A DNA stretch of 64,000 nt from Minisyncoccota bacterium (GCA_041908795.1 JAYRER010000048.1:18413-82412); one strand, 5' to 3'; positions 1-9,734 are shown, numbered from the stretch's first letter. The notes: a model not told the origin generated them from the letters alone. Numbers and translations are program-made.

Positions 1-1125
1 ACGGAGCGCAAGACCAATCGCCACGGAAAAACTTGGACCCGCCGTCTTTAATACATTCTCCATAAATGCGGGTGCTTGAGTATGGCTGAATGGGTCAGCT
101 ATTTCGAGGGGTAACTCAAGTTGCCTGTAGGCAAAGTCACGTAATCCCACTCCCGTGGCACCACCTCCCGTAAGAACCACTTTACTAATAACTTTGTTCT
201 GCTTCTGCTGGTACGCCAGGAGCACGCGTCGCGCTTCAATAAAAATGTAGTCCATTACGAGTGTTGCCGCGTGTGATGTAGTTCCCTGCCCCTTTTTGTC
301 CGCAAGCGAAAGGGTTCGCTTCAACTCCTCCGCCTTATTAAACGTCACGTGGCTCGTGTTACTTATAGAAAATGTAACATGCTGGCTTCCCTTACTTATT
401 ACGTGTGAAGATACAACCACACCAAGCTCCACTATGTACACCTTTGTGGTTGCGGCGCCGATATCAATGATCGCAACAGGGGCCATGCTACGTTCTACTG
501 TGGCCCGAATGGTACTGAATATCTCTATTTCGTAAAATGCGGGGGTTATTCCTGCGAACTTGTACGCATCCGTATACTTTCTAAGCACCTCGTTATGTAT
601 CGCCACCAAAAGCACGAGGGCCTTTTCATCTCGCGGGTCCGGCGCAACCCCCTCGGCAGACTGCTGTTCCTGAAAGTAATGCAGTTCCGCTTGGGGCACC
701 ACAAACCAATCGAGCTGAACCTCGTTAATAGGCACCGGAATATACTTACGTGCCTCGATGGGTATCATGCTCGCGAGCTTGTTGCCCGTTAAGGGAGGTA
801 GTTCTATGAGCCGCACCAGACTTGAAGCGAAGGGTACCGACGCACCACAGACTGTCGCAGTCACATTCGCCTCGCGCATGAGGTCTTTGATGGCTTCCGC
901 GATTTTATCAGGCTGGAGATTCGTGGCTTGGCCAATTTCCTCCCCACCGAATGGGCCGAGTGCAATCTCACCGTAGGTTTCAAGAACAATAACACCCTTG
1001 TCCTTACGCAACTGTACCAACTTGATCGAGGATGTACCTATATCCACACCAAGCACACTCGAGTTACGATTCTGCTCGATAAACGGCTTTATCTTTGCAA
1101 GTAGTTGGTTGAGATTACCAAACAT
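1..1125 (-). CDS. pilM: Type IV pilus assembly ATPase-like protein PilM (actin-like fold), truncated at the window edge (C-terminus outside)
   Basis: Manual reverse translation from ATG at 1125: MFGNLNQLLAKIKPFIEQNRNSSVLGVDIGTSSIKLVQL...TGGGATGVGLRDFAYRQLELPLEIADPF. The GVDIG/FtsA-PilM-like ATPase pattern is present. The frame runs open to position 1. The ORF track omits it because it is edge-truncated. Confidence 0.8.
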   Translation of the reverse strand, partial: MFGNLNQLLAKIKPFIEQNRNSSVLGVDIGTSSIKLVQLRKDKGVIVLETYGEIALGPFGGEEIGQATNLQPDKIAEAIKDLMREANVTATVCGASVPFASSLVRLIELPPLTGNKLASMIPIEARKYIPVPINEVQLDWFVVPQAELHYFQEQQSAEGVAPDPRDEKALVLLVAIHNEVLRKYTDAYKFAGITPAFYEIEIFSTIRATVERSMAPVAIIDIGAATTKVYIVELGVVVSSHVISKGSQHVTFSISNTSHVTFNKAEELKRTLSLADKKGQGTTSHAATLVMDYIFIEARRVLLAYQQKQNKVISKVVLTGGGATGVGLRDFAYRQLELPLEIADPFSHTQAPAFMENVLKTAGPSFSVAIGLALR

Positions 1126-1154
1126 ACAACAATATGAATATGCGTCGCACGATA

Positions 1155-1176
1155 CACATGCACATGCACATGCACC
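1155..1176. repeat. Short tandem repeat (CACATG)x3-4 in the divergent pilM/comFC intergenic region
   Basis: acacatgcacatgcacatgcac read directly from the sequence. A related catgcacata..cgcacatgg motif lies upstream of comEC-C near 59360-59385. Confidence 0.5.
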
Positions 1177-1224
1177 CAGTATACAGGAGTCCAATGAGAG
1201 CTGGAACAGGTATACAGTGTACAT

Positions 1225-1866
1225 ATGCGTCAAGAAATTTTTGAGCTGCTTTTCAATTTGCTTTTTCCGCACCACGCACGCGAACGCGCCGTACGTCTAC
1301 TCACTCCGCGCACGCTCGGTGTACGCGCACGTACCATCGTGCCACCACGCCCATGCACGTGTGCTCCGCTCCCCTACCGCGACGAGCTCGTGCGTACCGC
1401 ACTCCATATGCTCAAGTACAAGGGGTACCAACGCGCGGGAGTGGTGTTCGGACAAGCGATTGCGCCGTACCTCGCCGAGCTCGTGGCAGAACGGCGCATG
1501 TTCGGCAGGTACCACAACGCCCTCTTGGTTCCGATACCCCTTACCAAGGCACGTCTTAAGAAACGTGGCTACAACCAATCTGAAATAATCGCGCATGCGC
1601 TTCTCGCAGAGCTTGGAAGTTCTACTATTGAAATCGCCACCCCACTTACACGGGTACGTGAGACACTCCCACAAGTCACCATGAAGGGCAGAAGCGCGCG
1701 GTACAAAAATCTTGCAGGAGCGTTTCGCGCGACGTTGCGACTCGAGGGACGAGACATCATCCTCCTCGACGACGTGGTGACCACGGGCGCCACACTTTCC
1801 GCCGCACAAACAGAGCTCTACCGTGCGGGCGCACGCGATGTCCTTTGTATTGCGGTCGCGCACTAG
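1225..1866 (+). CDS. comFC: ComF family competence protein, phosphoribosyltransferase domain (ComFC)
   Basis: 213 aa ORF. C-terminal PRTase signature IILLDDVVTTGATLSAA. The N-terminal half is ComFC-like. Confidence 0.75.
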   Translation: MRQEIFELLFNLLFPHHARERAVRLLTPRTLGVRARTIVPPRPCTCAPLPYRDELVRTALHMLKYKGYQRAGVVFGQAIAPYLAELVAERRMFGRYHNALLVPIPLTKARLKKRGYNQSEIIAHALLAELGSSTIEIATPLTRVRETLPQVTMKGRSARYKNLAGAFRATLRLEGRDIILLDDVVTTGATLSAAQTELYRAGARDVLCIAVAH

Positions 1867-1951
1867 GCACGTGGGAGTTCAACTCCCACGTGAGACAAGT
1901 CGTCTATGTTAGCCTCACCCCATTTCGGCTTCTGATCCCGATTTTCAATTT

Positions 1952-2041
1952 TGGCGGAGGGTGAGGGATTCGAACCCTCGAGGGGTGTTACCCCCTACCT
2001 CGTTAGCAGTGAGGCGCTTTCGGCCACTCAGCCAACCCTCC
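1952..2041 (-). tRNA. tRNA-Ser (anticodon GCT)
   Basis: Reverse complement GGAGGGTTGGCTGAGTGGCCGAAAGCGCCTCACTGCTAACGAGG...GGGTTCGAATCCCTCACCCTCCGCCA. It has a 7-bp acceptor stem, T-loop GTTCGAATC, a long variable arm, anticodon loop CTGCTAA, and an encoded CCA. Confidence 0.85.
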
Positions 2042-2461
2042 GTTTGTTTTAGTCTACACGTTGTACCAACTTCTTGAATGCTTGACCACCCTTGAATCGT
2101 TTTATTCTCTGTTCCTCCGCACGCGCCTGTGCAAGTGTAGCAAACTCTGCGCGTCATAACAGAGTCCAAGTACGCCCACGCGTCGTGCGAGTTGCTATAC
2201 CCGCATTGTGACGAAGAATGCGCACCTCGAGATCCACAGTGGAACCCACATAGTGCCTTCCGTCTTCAGACTCTAGAATGTACACCCATGCCATACCCTA
2301 ACCTCGTCGGCAGCTCGCCCCGCCTTGGCGGGGTGCGCGCTTAGGCCACCAAGCACAACCCTCCAATGTGACGCATGGTAGCGCATCTCTGCGCACACCA
2401 CAACACGACACACTCCTCGCCACCGATCGCCACCATAGCGCAATGGTGCTAAAGTACACCT

Positions 2462-2776
2462 ATGACCAAGAACCCCTACATCAACGCACTTGTTGCGATA
2501 GTGTACATCATCCTTGTCGCTCTCGTGCTCTACGGCACACCTCACATAGTCGGAGGTAAGGATAATTTCCTCATGCCCGTTGTTGCAGTGTCTCTCTTCA
2601 CCCTCTCCGCCGCACTCATGGGGTACCTTTTTCTCTACACCCCCATGCTGCTTCTTCTTGATGGTAAAAAAGTTGAGGGAACACGTCTCTTCCTCAAAAC
2701 CGTAGCGGTGTTTGCGGGCTGTACGGCCGTTGTGTTTGGTGCCATGGTCATACTCTCGCGGCTCATGGGAGCGTAG
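2462..2776 (+). CDS. Small hydrophobic membrane protein (about 3 TM), unknown function
   Basis: 104 aa ORF with clear TM-like hydrophobic stretches. There is no strong SD. Confidence 0.4.
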   Translation: MTKNPYINALVAIVYIILVALVLYGTPHIVGGKDNFLMPVVAVSLFTLSAALMGYLFLYTPMLLLLDGKKVEGTRLFLKTVAVFAGCTAVVFGAMVILSRLMGA

Positions 2777-2780
2777 AAAG

Positions 2781-2804
2781 AATTACGTAATCGATTACGT
2801 AATT
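2781..2804. repeat. Perfect 24-bp palindrome AATTACGTAATC|GATTACGTAATT (copy 1), with two TTACGTAA cores
   Basis: Read directly. It lies 5 nt after the stop of the 2462-2776 ORF and about 58 nt upstream of the channel gene start. A near-identical copy lies at 9867-9890. Confidence 0.7.
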
Positions 2805-2861
2805 CACAACAGCGTGACTCTTTGCTTCATCGCTACCGCCCTCCATGCTACCTTAGACGGT

Positions 2862-3638
2862 ATGCGGAGACATCATAGAACGTGGCCACTCGAACACACC
2901 CTGCGCGATTGTTTCTACAACATCCACTCGCCGTACTTTCACTTGATCAATGACACCCTTGCGGCCATAACCACACTCGCGACACTTGCGGTCATACTTG
3001 AAACGGTACCCTCGCTTACGGACTACCACCCATACTTTCGCGTCGTTGAGACAATTGCGGTTGCGGTATTTACCCTCGAGTATCTCGCCCGCATCGTCGC
3101 TCGCAGGCGCGATGTGGGTGCGTATGTGTTGAGCCTCTTTGGTATTATCGACCTCCTCGCAATCATTCCCTCACTCTTCGGAATATCGAACCTCACATGG
3201 CTCAAGACGGCGCGTGTACTTCGTATTCTGCGGCTCCTGCGACTTGTCCGTGTTGCGCACGCGCGCGATGCCGCACGCAGGCACCATCGCAAGGACCCCG
3301 ACGAGCACGAGACGCTCTTCCGCCTCGCAATCGCGATATACTTCGCGAGTCTCCTCATTTCTATCACCATTTTTGGGACACTTATCTATGTGGCCGAGGG
3401 TGGCGTGAGCGAGTTTGGCTCGATTCCGCTCGGTATGGTGTGGGCCGCCAAAGTAACGATGGGTGGGGTAGCACAGCACATGCCGCAGACGGCATGGGGC
3501 GACCTCATTACCATCGGTGCTCGCTTCACCGGCCTTGCGCTTTTCGGTCTCATGCTCTCCCTCATCGGAAGCTCCATGCGGTCTATCCTGTTTGGGACCC
3601 CCACACTTGATGGTGTGGTACAGCGTCGGCGTCCGTGA
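2862..3638 (+). CDS. Voltage-sensor (6TM) ion-transport family channel with a degenerate K+ selectivity filter
   Basis: S4-like RVLRILRLLRLVRV. The pore region FGSIPLGMVWAAKVTMGGVAQHMP aligns to the K-channel FxSIPxAFWWAVVTMTTVGYGDMxP but lacks GYG. Start moved from the track's 2712 to the in-frame ATG at 2862, since 2712 overlaps the upstream ORF. Confidence 0.65.
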   Translation: MRRHHRTWPLEHTLRDCFYNIHSPYFHLINDTLAAITTLATLAVILETVPSLTDYHPYFRVVETIAVAVFTLEYLARIVARRRDVGAYVLSLFGIIDLLAIIPSLFGISNLTWLKTARVLRILRLLRLVRVAHARDAARRHHRKDPDEHETLFRLAIAIYFASLLISITIFGTLIYVAEGGVSEFGSIPLGMVWAAKVTMGGVAQHMPQTAWGDLITIGARFTGLALFGLMLSLIGSSMRSILFGTPTLDGVVQRRRP

Positions 3639-3675
3639 GGTTGCGTAGAGCTACAGGTGCGGGTACCATAGAGTC

Positions 3676-4008
3676 ATGCGATACGTCCTTCTCATTATTG
3701 CACTGTGTGCGCTCGGGGTTGGCGGGTACTACCTTGCACGCGAGCGGGGCTTCCTGGGGTCCACCCTCCCCTACAACCCTCCCACCGCAGAAGACCTCCG
3801 ACGACTGGAAGAAATACAGCGCTCAAGCGCAACCATTGCTCCTGATGCCAATCCCGGTGCCAGTGTGCGCCCACCCGGCTCACTCCCGCGCCCCATCGAA
3901 GCAACCACCACAGCGGCAACAAGCTCTCCTGATGTGACTTCTACAACATCAAGCGATGTGGAAGGCGAAACACCAAGTGATTTGAACTCCGCGGAAGAGG
4001 TCGAATAA
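3676..4008 (+). CDS. Hypothetical membrane-anchored protein with a low-complexity Pro/Thr/Ser-rich tail
   Basis: 110 aa. An N-terminal TM helix (LLIIALCALGVGGYY) is followed by a PT-rich segment. Confidence 0.4.
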   Translation: MRYVLLIIALCALGVGGYYLARERGFLGSTLPYNPPTAEDLRRLEEIQRSSATIAPDANPGASVRPPGSLPRPIEATTTAATSSPDVTSTTSSDVEGETPSDLNSAEEVE

Positions 4009-4027
4009 CCTCTGAATACAAACTCAT

Positions 4028-5599
4028 TCACTTGTACATCCTTCGTACGTACTCGAGCATCGCGGCGGTATCGGCTGTGGGATCAGGTGAATCAAGTGCA
4101 ACGAAGAGCACAGGTCGGTTAACTCCCCCAAAAGTGAGTGAGAAAATGCTCACCATATCTTTCTCGTGAACATCGCCAACAGTTGCACTTGATGTCGCGA
4201 ATGCGAGGAGTACCGCTGCGGGAACACGATGCTGTTCCGTATGTTGCTCGAACAATGCCACACGCTCACCACTCGTTGACGTTTCGCTCGCAATGCCCCC
4301 CAAAAAACCGGTCGTGCTGGCAAAACGATGCGTGGGCTCCATGGTCTCCCACACCGGCTTGCCATACCACGCCGTGTTGAGAGTACCTGCGGTGAGTGAG
4401 AGTACGAATGGGCGATTGTTGTAGAGGTAACGCGCGAGCACATAAAAATCCTCCGCAGTTGTCTCGTTGCCCTTCATACTACCTGTAGGCTCCGCAAATG
4501 TCGTGCTATGCATGCCGAGCGCACGCGCCTTACCGTTCATTAACTCTACGAACCTGTCGCGTCCAAACGACGCCGCTATCGCTTCCGCAGCCGCATCGCT
4601 GTTCTCAAGGAGGAGCGGGAAGAGGAGGTCGTAGAGACTGTACGTTGCGCCCGAGGTAAAGCGCATGTGGGTGCTCGTACTCACCGTCTCCGGGCCCGCA
4701 ATGCGCCCCTCAATGTTTTTATACTCACTCGCAACGAGCGCCCCCATGAGTTTCGCGGCAAGGGTCGCGTGGTGCTTCGCCTCCGACTCATTGGTGAGAA
4801 GTATGAAGCCGTTTTTCAAATCAGCCACAAGGTAGCTCTGCGCCGCAATGTCAGGCGCGTTCAAACGATAACGGTAGTTGTCGTGCGAAAAATCGTCCTC
4901 GTATACGAGTATCGGCATCCCCACATCCGTAAGCTCGTAGACCGCTTTTGCGTAGCTGTCTTCGAGGCGGATACACCCGCCCGAGTAGGTGGACGCGACA
5001 GGTGTGCCGTCGGGGTACGTGGGCCACCCGTGAATGAAGAAATTTCCCTGAAAGGGAATGCTCCACGGCATGTTCACCTGCCCGAAACTTGAGAAGTGGT
5101 TTTTTGCCTTACTCTCCGCCTTGTAGAGCCCCGCGGGAGTCTCCCACCAGCTTCCCTCCTTCCCTTTGCTCTTGATGGGCACCGACGTTGCCATTTCGCC
5201 GTTGCGGTACACGGAAAGGTTCATGGTGGAGAGGTTCGCGACTATGAAGTTTGCACCTTCGCTCTTGAGTTTGTGTTCCACATCGGAGAAAAATGTCACG
5301 TTGGAAAGCGCGGGCCACGCACCCTCAACAAGCTCCGTGGTACTAGCCGTTCCGGGCACAGAAACCGAGTAGGTGTAGAGGGGCTGTTTGGGCACCGAGT
5401 ATCCGGCGAATGCCGCGAGGGACAGGGCACATGTTGCCGCCACAAACGAGATGACGAGTGTGTACGTGCGACGCACACGCCCATCGGGTTGCTGTGCAGT
5501 GTCCGCAGATGCGAGGGAGGGAGACGAACCGTCGTCGTATGGCGGCTCATGGTACGGCACGGTCTCTCCCTGTCTCGTACGTCCGAACATGCCCATCAT
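4028..5599 (-). CDS. L,D-transpeptidase (YkuD) domain protein fused to a C-terminal D-Ala-D-Ala carboxypeptidase (S11/PBP5)-like domain, possibly degenerate
   Basis: YkuD catalytic motif HGWPTYPDGTPVASTYSGGCIRL. PBP5-like SxN region LLLENSDAAAEAIA. The canonical SxxK and KTG motifs are not evident. Start set at MMGMFGR (5599) so it does not overlap the upstream PduO gene. An N-terminal TM anchor is present. Confidence 0.7.
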   Translation of the reverse strand: MMGMFGRTRQGETVPYHEPPYDDGSSPSLASADTAQQPDGRVRRTYTLVISFVAATCALSLAAFAGYSVPKQPLYTYSVSVPGTASTTELVEGAWPALSNVTFFSDVEHKLKSEGANFIVANLSTMNLSVYRNGEMATSVPIKSKGKEGSWWETPAGLYKAESKAKNHFSSFGQVNMPWSIPFQGNFFIHGWPTYPDGTPVASTYSGGCIRLEDSYAKAVYELTDVGMPILVYEDDFSHDNYRYRLNAPDIAAQSYLVADLKNGFILLTNESEAKHHATLAAKLMGALVASEYKNIEGRIAGPETVSTSTHMRFTSGATYSLYDLLFPLLLENSDAAAEAIAASFGRDRFVELMNGKARALGMHSTTFAEPTGSMKGNETTAEDFYVLARYLYNNRPFVLSLTAGTLNTAWYGKPVWETMEPTHRFASTTGFLGGIASETSTSGERVALFEQHTEQHRVPAAVLLAFATSSATVGDVHEKDMVSIFSLTFGGVNRPVLFVALDSPDPTADTAAMLEYVRRMYK

Positions 5600-5600
5600 A

Positions 5601-6167
5601 CTAGCGATACGTGGGGGTCGTTTCAGCAACCCCGTCCATGTGGTTGGCGTAGCGAGCAAGCGCAAAAAGGAGCGAGGAGAGGCGGTTGAGGTACGCGAGT
5701 GTGGGAGAAGACACATCGCGAATACCCGACTCATGCACGCCCACCACCCTCCGCTCCGCTCGCCTCGCAAGGGTGCGTGCCACATCAAAGAGCGCGGAAA
5801 GGTAGGTCCCGCCCGGTATGGAAAAGCCGGTCAGTTTTGGAAAAAGTGTTTCAAGCGTATCCGTCACACGCTCAAGCGACTGCACCTTCCGTGGGGTAAT
5901 GTGCTTGTCCGCTCCCGCCACTTCCGCTTGTATAATGAAAAGGTTCTCCTGCACCTCACGCACCACATCTTCAAGTGTCACCCCTTTTTTGGTGACGGGG
6001 ATACGCACACTTCCACGTTCCCTGATATCCGCCCTCGCAAGGCCAAGATAGCTGTTGAGCTCGTCGAGGGTACCAAGCGCCTCGGGAAGCGCAGAACTCT
6101 TTGAGATGCGCTCGCTTGAGTTGAGTGTCTTGGTAGTGCCACTATCCCCTTTTCGTGTGTAGAGCAT
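5601..6167 (-). CDS. ATP:cob(I)alamin adenosyltransferase, PduO-type/MMAB family
   Basis: MLYTRKGDSGTTKTL...LGTLDELNSYLGLARA matches the PduO N-terminal signature YTKTGDKGxTSL...DELNSxLG. Confidence 0.7.
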   Translation of the reverse strand: MLYTRKGDSGTTKTLNSSERISKSSALPEALGTLDELNSYLGLARADIRERGSVRIPVTKKGVTLEDVVREVQENLFIIQAEVAGADKHITPRKVQSLERVTDTLETLFPKLTGFSIPGGTYLSALFDVARTLARRAERRVVGVHESGIRDVSSPTLAYLNRLSSLLFALARYANHMDGVAETTPTYR

Positions 6168-6409
6168 ACCTCAAGTATACCAAATGGTGCCCGTCGTGCG
6201 CATCCTCCCTTCATGGTTCCTTTACATACACTGTGGTCCAATAGGAAAAGAACGATGACGCACCGGGGAGGCTGTGAGGAAGCATAAAAAGTGAGAAACC
6301 GCGTGCGCTGTTCTTTTAGTCGCGCTCGCACATGGGCGTGGACCAATGACATGTCAAACGACTAACGCCGGCGGGCTACTTCACTGGAAGTTGCTCGCCG
6401 GCGTGTTTC

Positions 6410-6583
6410 TCATCCTCTTTCTTCGCCCTGAAATGGTCCTCTCTCCGGGGCTTCGTAGTTTGAGCCGCCCCGCTGCTCATGGAGGCCATACGCAGTCCAC
6501 ACGGCAATCGGGTCAGTTTCATCAAACACAACTCCTGTGCCAAGCTCAGCTGTGCGCGTTCGTGAGACACTGTCACGTTTCAT
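6410..6583 (-). CDS. Small hypothetical protein (57 aa)
   Basis: On the mRNA, ATG is preceded by a strong SD: GGAAGGAGAATCGGCATGAAACG (AAGGAG, 7-nt spacer). Protein MKRDSVSRTRTAELGTGVVFDETDPIAVWTAYGLHEQRGGSNYEAPERGPFQGEERG. Same strand as the PduO and Ldt genes. Confidence 0.4.
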   Translation of the reverse strand: MKRDSVSRTRTAELGTGVVFDETDPIAVWTAYGLHEQRGGSNYEAPERGPFQGEERG

Positions 6584-6785
6584 GCCGATTCTCCTTCCAT
6601 CACAAAACGAAGTAACAACGAAGCACAATACGTGCGGCTACCGACCAGAAAAAAGCATGCGAACAAATCAGCAACATACACAGTGTGCCCATGCTTCCCA
6701 CTGGTTACGATTTTGTCACACGAGAATCATTTGATATCCCTTTGTTTATTTTGAAATCCTAAAATCTAATACCACACACCATCAT

Positions 6786-9005
6786 GTGACGTCAATGAGC
6801 ACACTCCTCACGTGCTATACTCACCCCATGTCGGAACCTATAGTTAACGCACACATTGCCCCCCACACCCACACAGAACAGTACTTCCGCCTCCAAGAAC
6901 AGCAGAAACGGGCGCTGAACCGCCTCGGCATTCGCACCCTCGCCGACCTCCTCTACCACTTCCCCACCCGCTATGAAGCGGCGGGTGACGAGCGCACCAT
7001 TGCGGGTATCGAAGCGAACGCCGATGTCGTCCTTTTCGGCACCGTACGCAAGCCCGCAACGCGCAAAACATGGAAAAGCAAGGTGCCCATCGCAGAGGCA
7101 TGGCTTGAGGACGGCACCGGAAAGCTCAAGCTCATGTGGTTCAACCAGCCGTACATTGCCAAACTTTTGGAGGATGGGGCCACGGTCCGTGTTGCGGGAA
7201 AGGTGGTCGGTACAACAAGTAAGTACCTCGCGAACCCTGAAATTGAGCGCGTGTCCGAGCTTCCCCCGCAGGAGGATTCAATTTTTTCAACGGGAGAGAG
7301 GGCGGAGGGTGCCGAGCTCTTTGCGGTGTACCCGGAATCGTTCGGCATCACCTCCCGGTGGTTTCGCCACGCGATAGCGAAACTCCTCAATGAAAAATTG
7401 CACACCACACTACGGGACCCCATTGATGGAGCAATCCTTGCGCGCTACCACCTACCGACACTTGAGAGCGCGCTCGTATGGGTACACCAACCAAAAGAGA
7501 GTAAGAATGCGCAAGCGGCGAGAAAACGCTTTGCGTTTGAAGAGGTGTTTCTGATACAGGTGGCGAAACAGCAAGCACGCCACGAGAACGACCTTCAGCC
7601 CACTATTCCGATACCCGACGGCGCTGAACGTTCCCGTGCATTTATCGCCCGCTTGCCGTTTACCCTCACAGAAGGCCAGGAGCATGCGGTGGCCTCAATC
7701 CTCACAGACATGGCACATCCTCCCGCGATGAGCCGGCTCCTTGAGGGCGATGTGGGAAGCGGAAAGACCGCCGTTGCCGCCGCAACAGCATACGCTGTTG
7801 TCACAAGCTCCCCGAGCGGACGACCCTCGGCCACGCTTCAGGTGGCGTACATGGCCCCGACTGAAATTCTCGCGGAACAGCACTTTGCATCCTTCATTGA
7901 ACTTTTCAAACACCTCCCGATACAGGTGGGACTTATCACGAGCACCGCATGTAAAAAGTTTCCCTCAAAGGTCAGTCCGTCGAGTGCAACAAAGGTGAGC
8001 AAAGCGCAATTCTTGAAGTGGGTTCAGAACGGCGAGATTTCCATCATCATCGGCACCCATGCGCTCGTTCAGAAGAATGTTCGCTTTCGAGACCTCGCCT
8101 ACGTCATCATCGATGAACAGCACCGCTTTGGCACCGCCCAGCGCCAAGCGCTCGTGCGGAAGGACAACGTGGTGCCCCACCTCCTCTCGATGACCGCCAC
8201 CCCTATTCCTCGCACGCTCGCACTCACGCTCTACGGCGACCTTGACCTCACGGTACTCGATGAAATGCCGCCCGGACGAAAGCCCGTCATCACGGAGGTG
8301 GTCGCGAAAAGCGGGCGCGACCGCATGTACGACGCGGTGCGCCGCGAGCTCGACCGCGGGAAGCAGGTCTACGTGATATGCCCCCGCATCGAAGACCCCG
8401 ACCCACGGAAAGTCGCCGCAATACAGGCGAAGAGTGTGCGCTCGGAAGCGGCACGCTTGCGCATGAAGGAGCTCAAGGGGTACCGCATCGGTATCCTGCA
8501 CGGGCAGATGAAGCCGATCGAAAAAGATGAGGCGATGCGCGCATTCCTCACACACGAAACCGATGTGCTCGTGGCAACTTCGGTCGTTGAGGTGGGAGTG
8601 AACGTACCGAACGCAACGGTCATTGTGATAGAGGGGGCGGAACGCTTCGGTCTCGCCCAGCTCCACCAGCTCCGTGGGCGCGTGGTGCGTTCCACCGAGC
8701 AGGCGTACTGCTACGTACTCACCAGTGAAGGTGATGTAACGGGCCGCCTTCGAGCGCTCGCACGCGCGAAGAACGGCTTTGAGCTCGCCGAGCTCGACCT
8801 CAAGATTCGCGGGCCCGGGGAGCTCTACGGAAGGAGCCAGTCGGGCCTCTCCGACCTCGGCATGGAGGCGCTCAAAAACTTAAAAATGGTTGAAGCGGCT
8901 CGGATCGAAGCGGAGCGCATTGCGCGCGAAGACCCTGCGCTTGTGATGCACCCCATGTTGCGCGACGCCATCGCCTCACGCCGCGACCGTCTGCATTTTG
9001 AGTAG
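6786..9005 (+). CDS. recG: ATP-dependent DNA helicase RecG
   Basis: 739 aa. Helicase motifs GDVGSGKT and DEQHRFG, with a C-terminal RecG fold. Alternative ATG starts at 6795 and 6828. The track start is GTG. Confidence 0.9.
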   Translation: MTSMSTLLTCYTHPMSEPIVNAHIAPHTHTEQYFRLQEQQKRALNRLGIRTLADLLYHFPTRYEAAGDERTIAGIEANADVVLFGTVRKPATRKTWKSKVPIAEAWLEDGTGKLKLMWFNQPYIAKLLEDGATVRVAGKVVGTTSKYLANPEIERVSELPPQEDSIFSTGERAEGAELFAVYPESFGITSRWFRHAIAKLLNEKLHTTLRDPIDGAILARYHLPTLESALVWVHQPKESKNAQAARKRFAFEEVFLIQVAKQQARHENDLQPTIPIPDGAERSRAFIARLPFTLTEGQEHAVASILTDMAHPPAMSRLLEGDVGSGKTAVAAATAYAVVTSSPSGRPSATLQVAYMAPTEILAEQHFASFIELFKHLPIQVGLITSTACKKFPSKVSPSSATKVSKAQFLKWVQNGEISIIIGTHALVQKNVRFRDLAYVIIDEQHRFGTAQRQALVRKDNVVPHLLSMTATPIPRTLALTLYGDLDLTVLDEMPPGRKPVITEVVAKSGRDRMYDAVRRELDRGKQVYVICPRIEDPDPRKVAAIQAKSVRSEAARLRMKELKGYRIGILHGQMKPIEKDEAMRAFLTHETDVLVATSVVEVGVNVPNATVIVIEGAERFGLAQLHQLRGRVVRSTEQAYCYVLTSEGDVTGRLRALARAKNGFELAELDLKIRGPGELYGRSQSGLSDLGMEALKNLKMVEAARIEAERIAREDPALVMHPMLRDAIASRRDRLHFE

Positions 9006-9073
9006 CGAACCCGTGAGGGCTACGTGTGAGGTACTATTGGTACACTACCTTTCACTCGTTGCACAGGTAGTAT

Positions 9074-9724
9074 ATGTATCCAACCATGCACACTATACGA
9101 GAACGATGGGGCACGTTAGTCGGGCTTTCCGTTGTTGTGGCGCTCTTCCTTGTCGCGTCCGTGCTCACACGCATGTATGGAGAAATGCTTAGCGAGCTCA
9201 TGCAAGGTCACGAGTATGCGGGGATGTTTCTCTACGTTACCGTTACCATCGTTGCGGTGGTGCTCGCACCGTTCTCAACCATACCCCTGCTCCCGGTCGC
9301 CGTTACGTTGTGGGGACCTTTTCTTACCGCCCTACTCTCGATACTCGGTTGGACCATTGGTGCCGGGGTGGCATTTCTCGTTGCGCGCAGGTGGGGCACA
9401 CGACTGGTACGGAAGATCGTTTCAATCGAACGCATCGCACGCCTCGAACGCATGGTCACGACGCACCACCCGTTCCTCACCATTACCCTCCTTCGCATGG
9501 CGGTGCCGGTTGACATTCTCTCGTACGCTCTCGGTCTATTTTCCAAGGTCAGTTTTCGAACGTACCTTGCCGCAACACTTGTGGGCGTGACACCGTTTGC
9601 GTTCGTGTTTGCGTATGTCGGAACACTCACCCTCACCAGACAACTCCTCATCCTTCTCTGCGTCGGGCTCGCGCTCGTGTTCATACACATTCAAGAACCC
9701 TTGGCAAAACCCCCAAGTTCTTAA
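9074..9724 (+). CDS. TVP38/TMEM64 (DedA/SNARE-associated) family membrane protein
   Basis: 216 aa polytopic membrane protein with a DedA-like core. Confidence 0.6.
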   Translation: MYPTMHTIRERWGTLVGLSVVVALFLVASVLTRMYGEMLSELMQGHEYAGMFLYVTVTIVAVVLAPFSTIPLLPVAVTLWGPFLTALLSILGWTIGAGVAFLVARRWGTRLVRKIVSIERIARLERMVTTHHPFLTITLLRMAVPVDILSYALGLFSKVSFRTYLAATLVGVTPFAFVFAYVGTLTLTRQLLILLCVGLALVFIHIQEPLAKPPSS

Positions 9725-9734
9725 AGTGTCAAAA

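Noticed and set aside
2273-2559. ORFs 2273-2545(-) and 2368-2559(+), and a GC hairpin ccccgcc-tt-ggcgggg near 2318-2333
   Set aside because: No coding signal or SD is present. The hairpin lacks a U-tract and its loop is too short for a reliable terminator.
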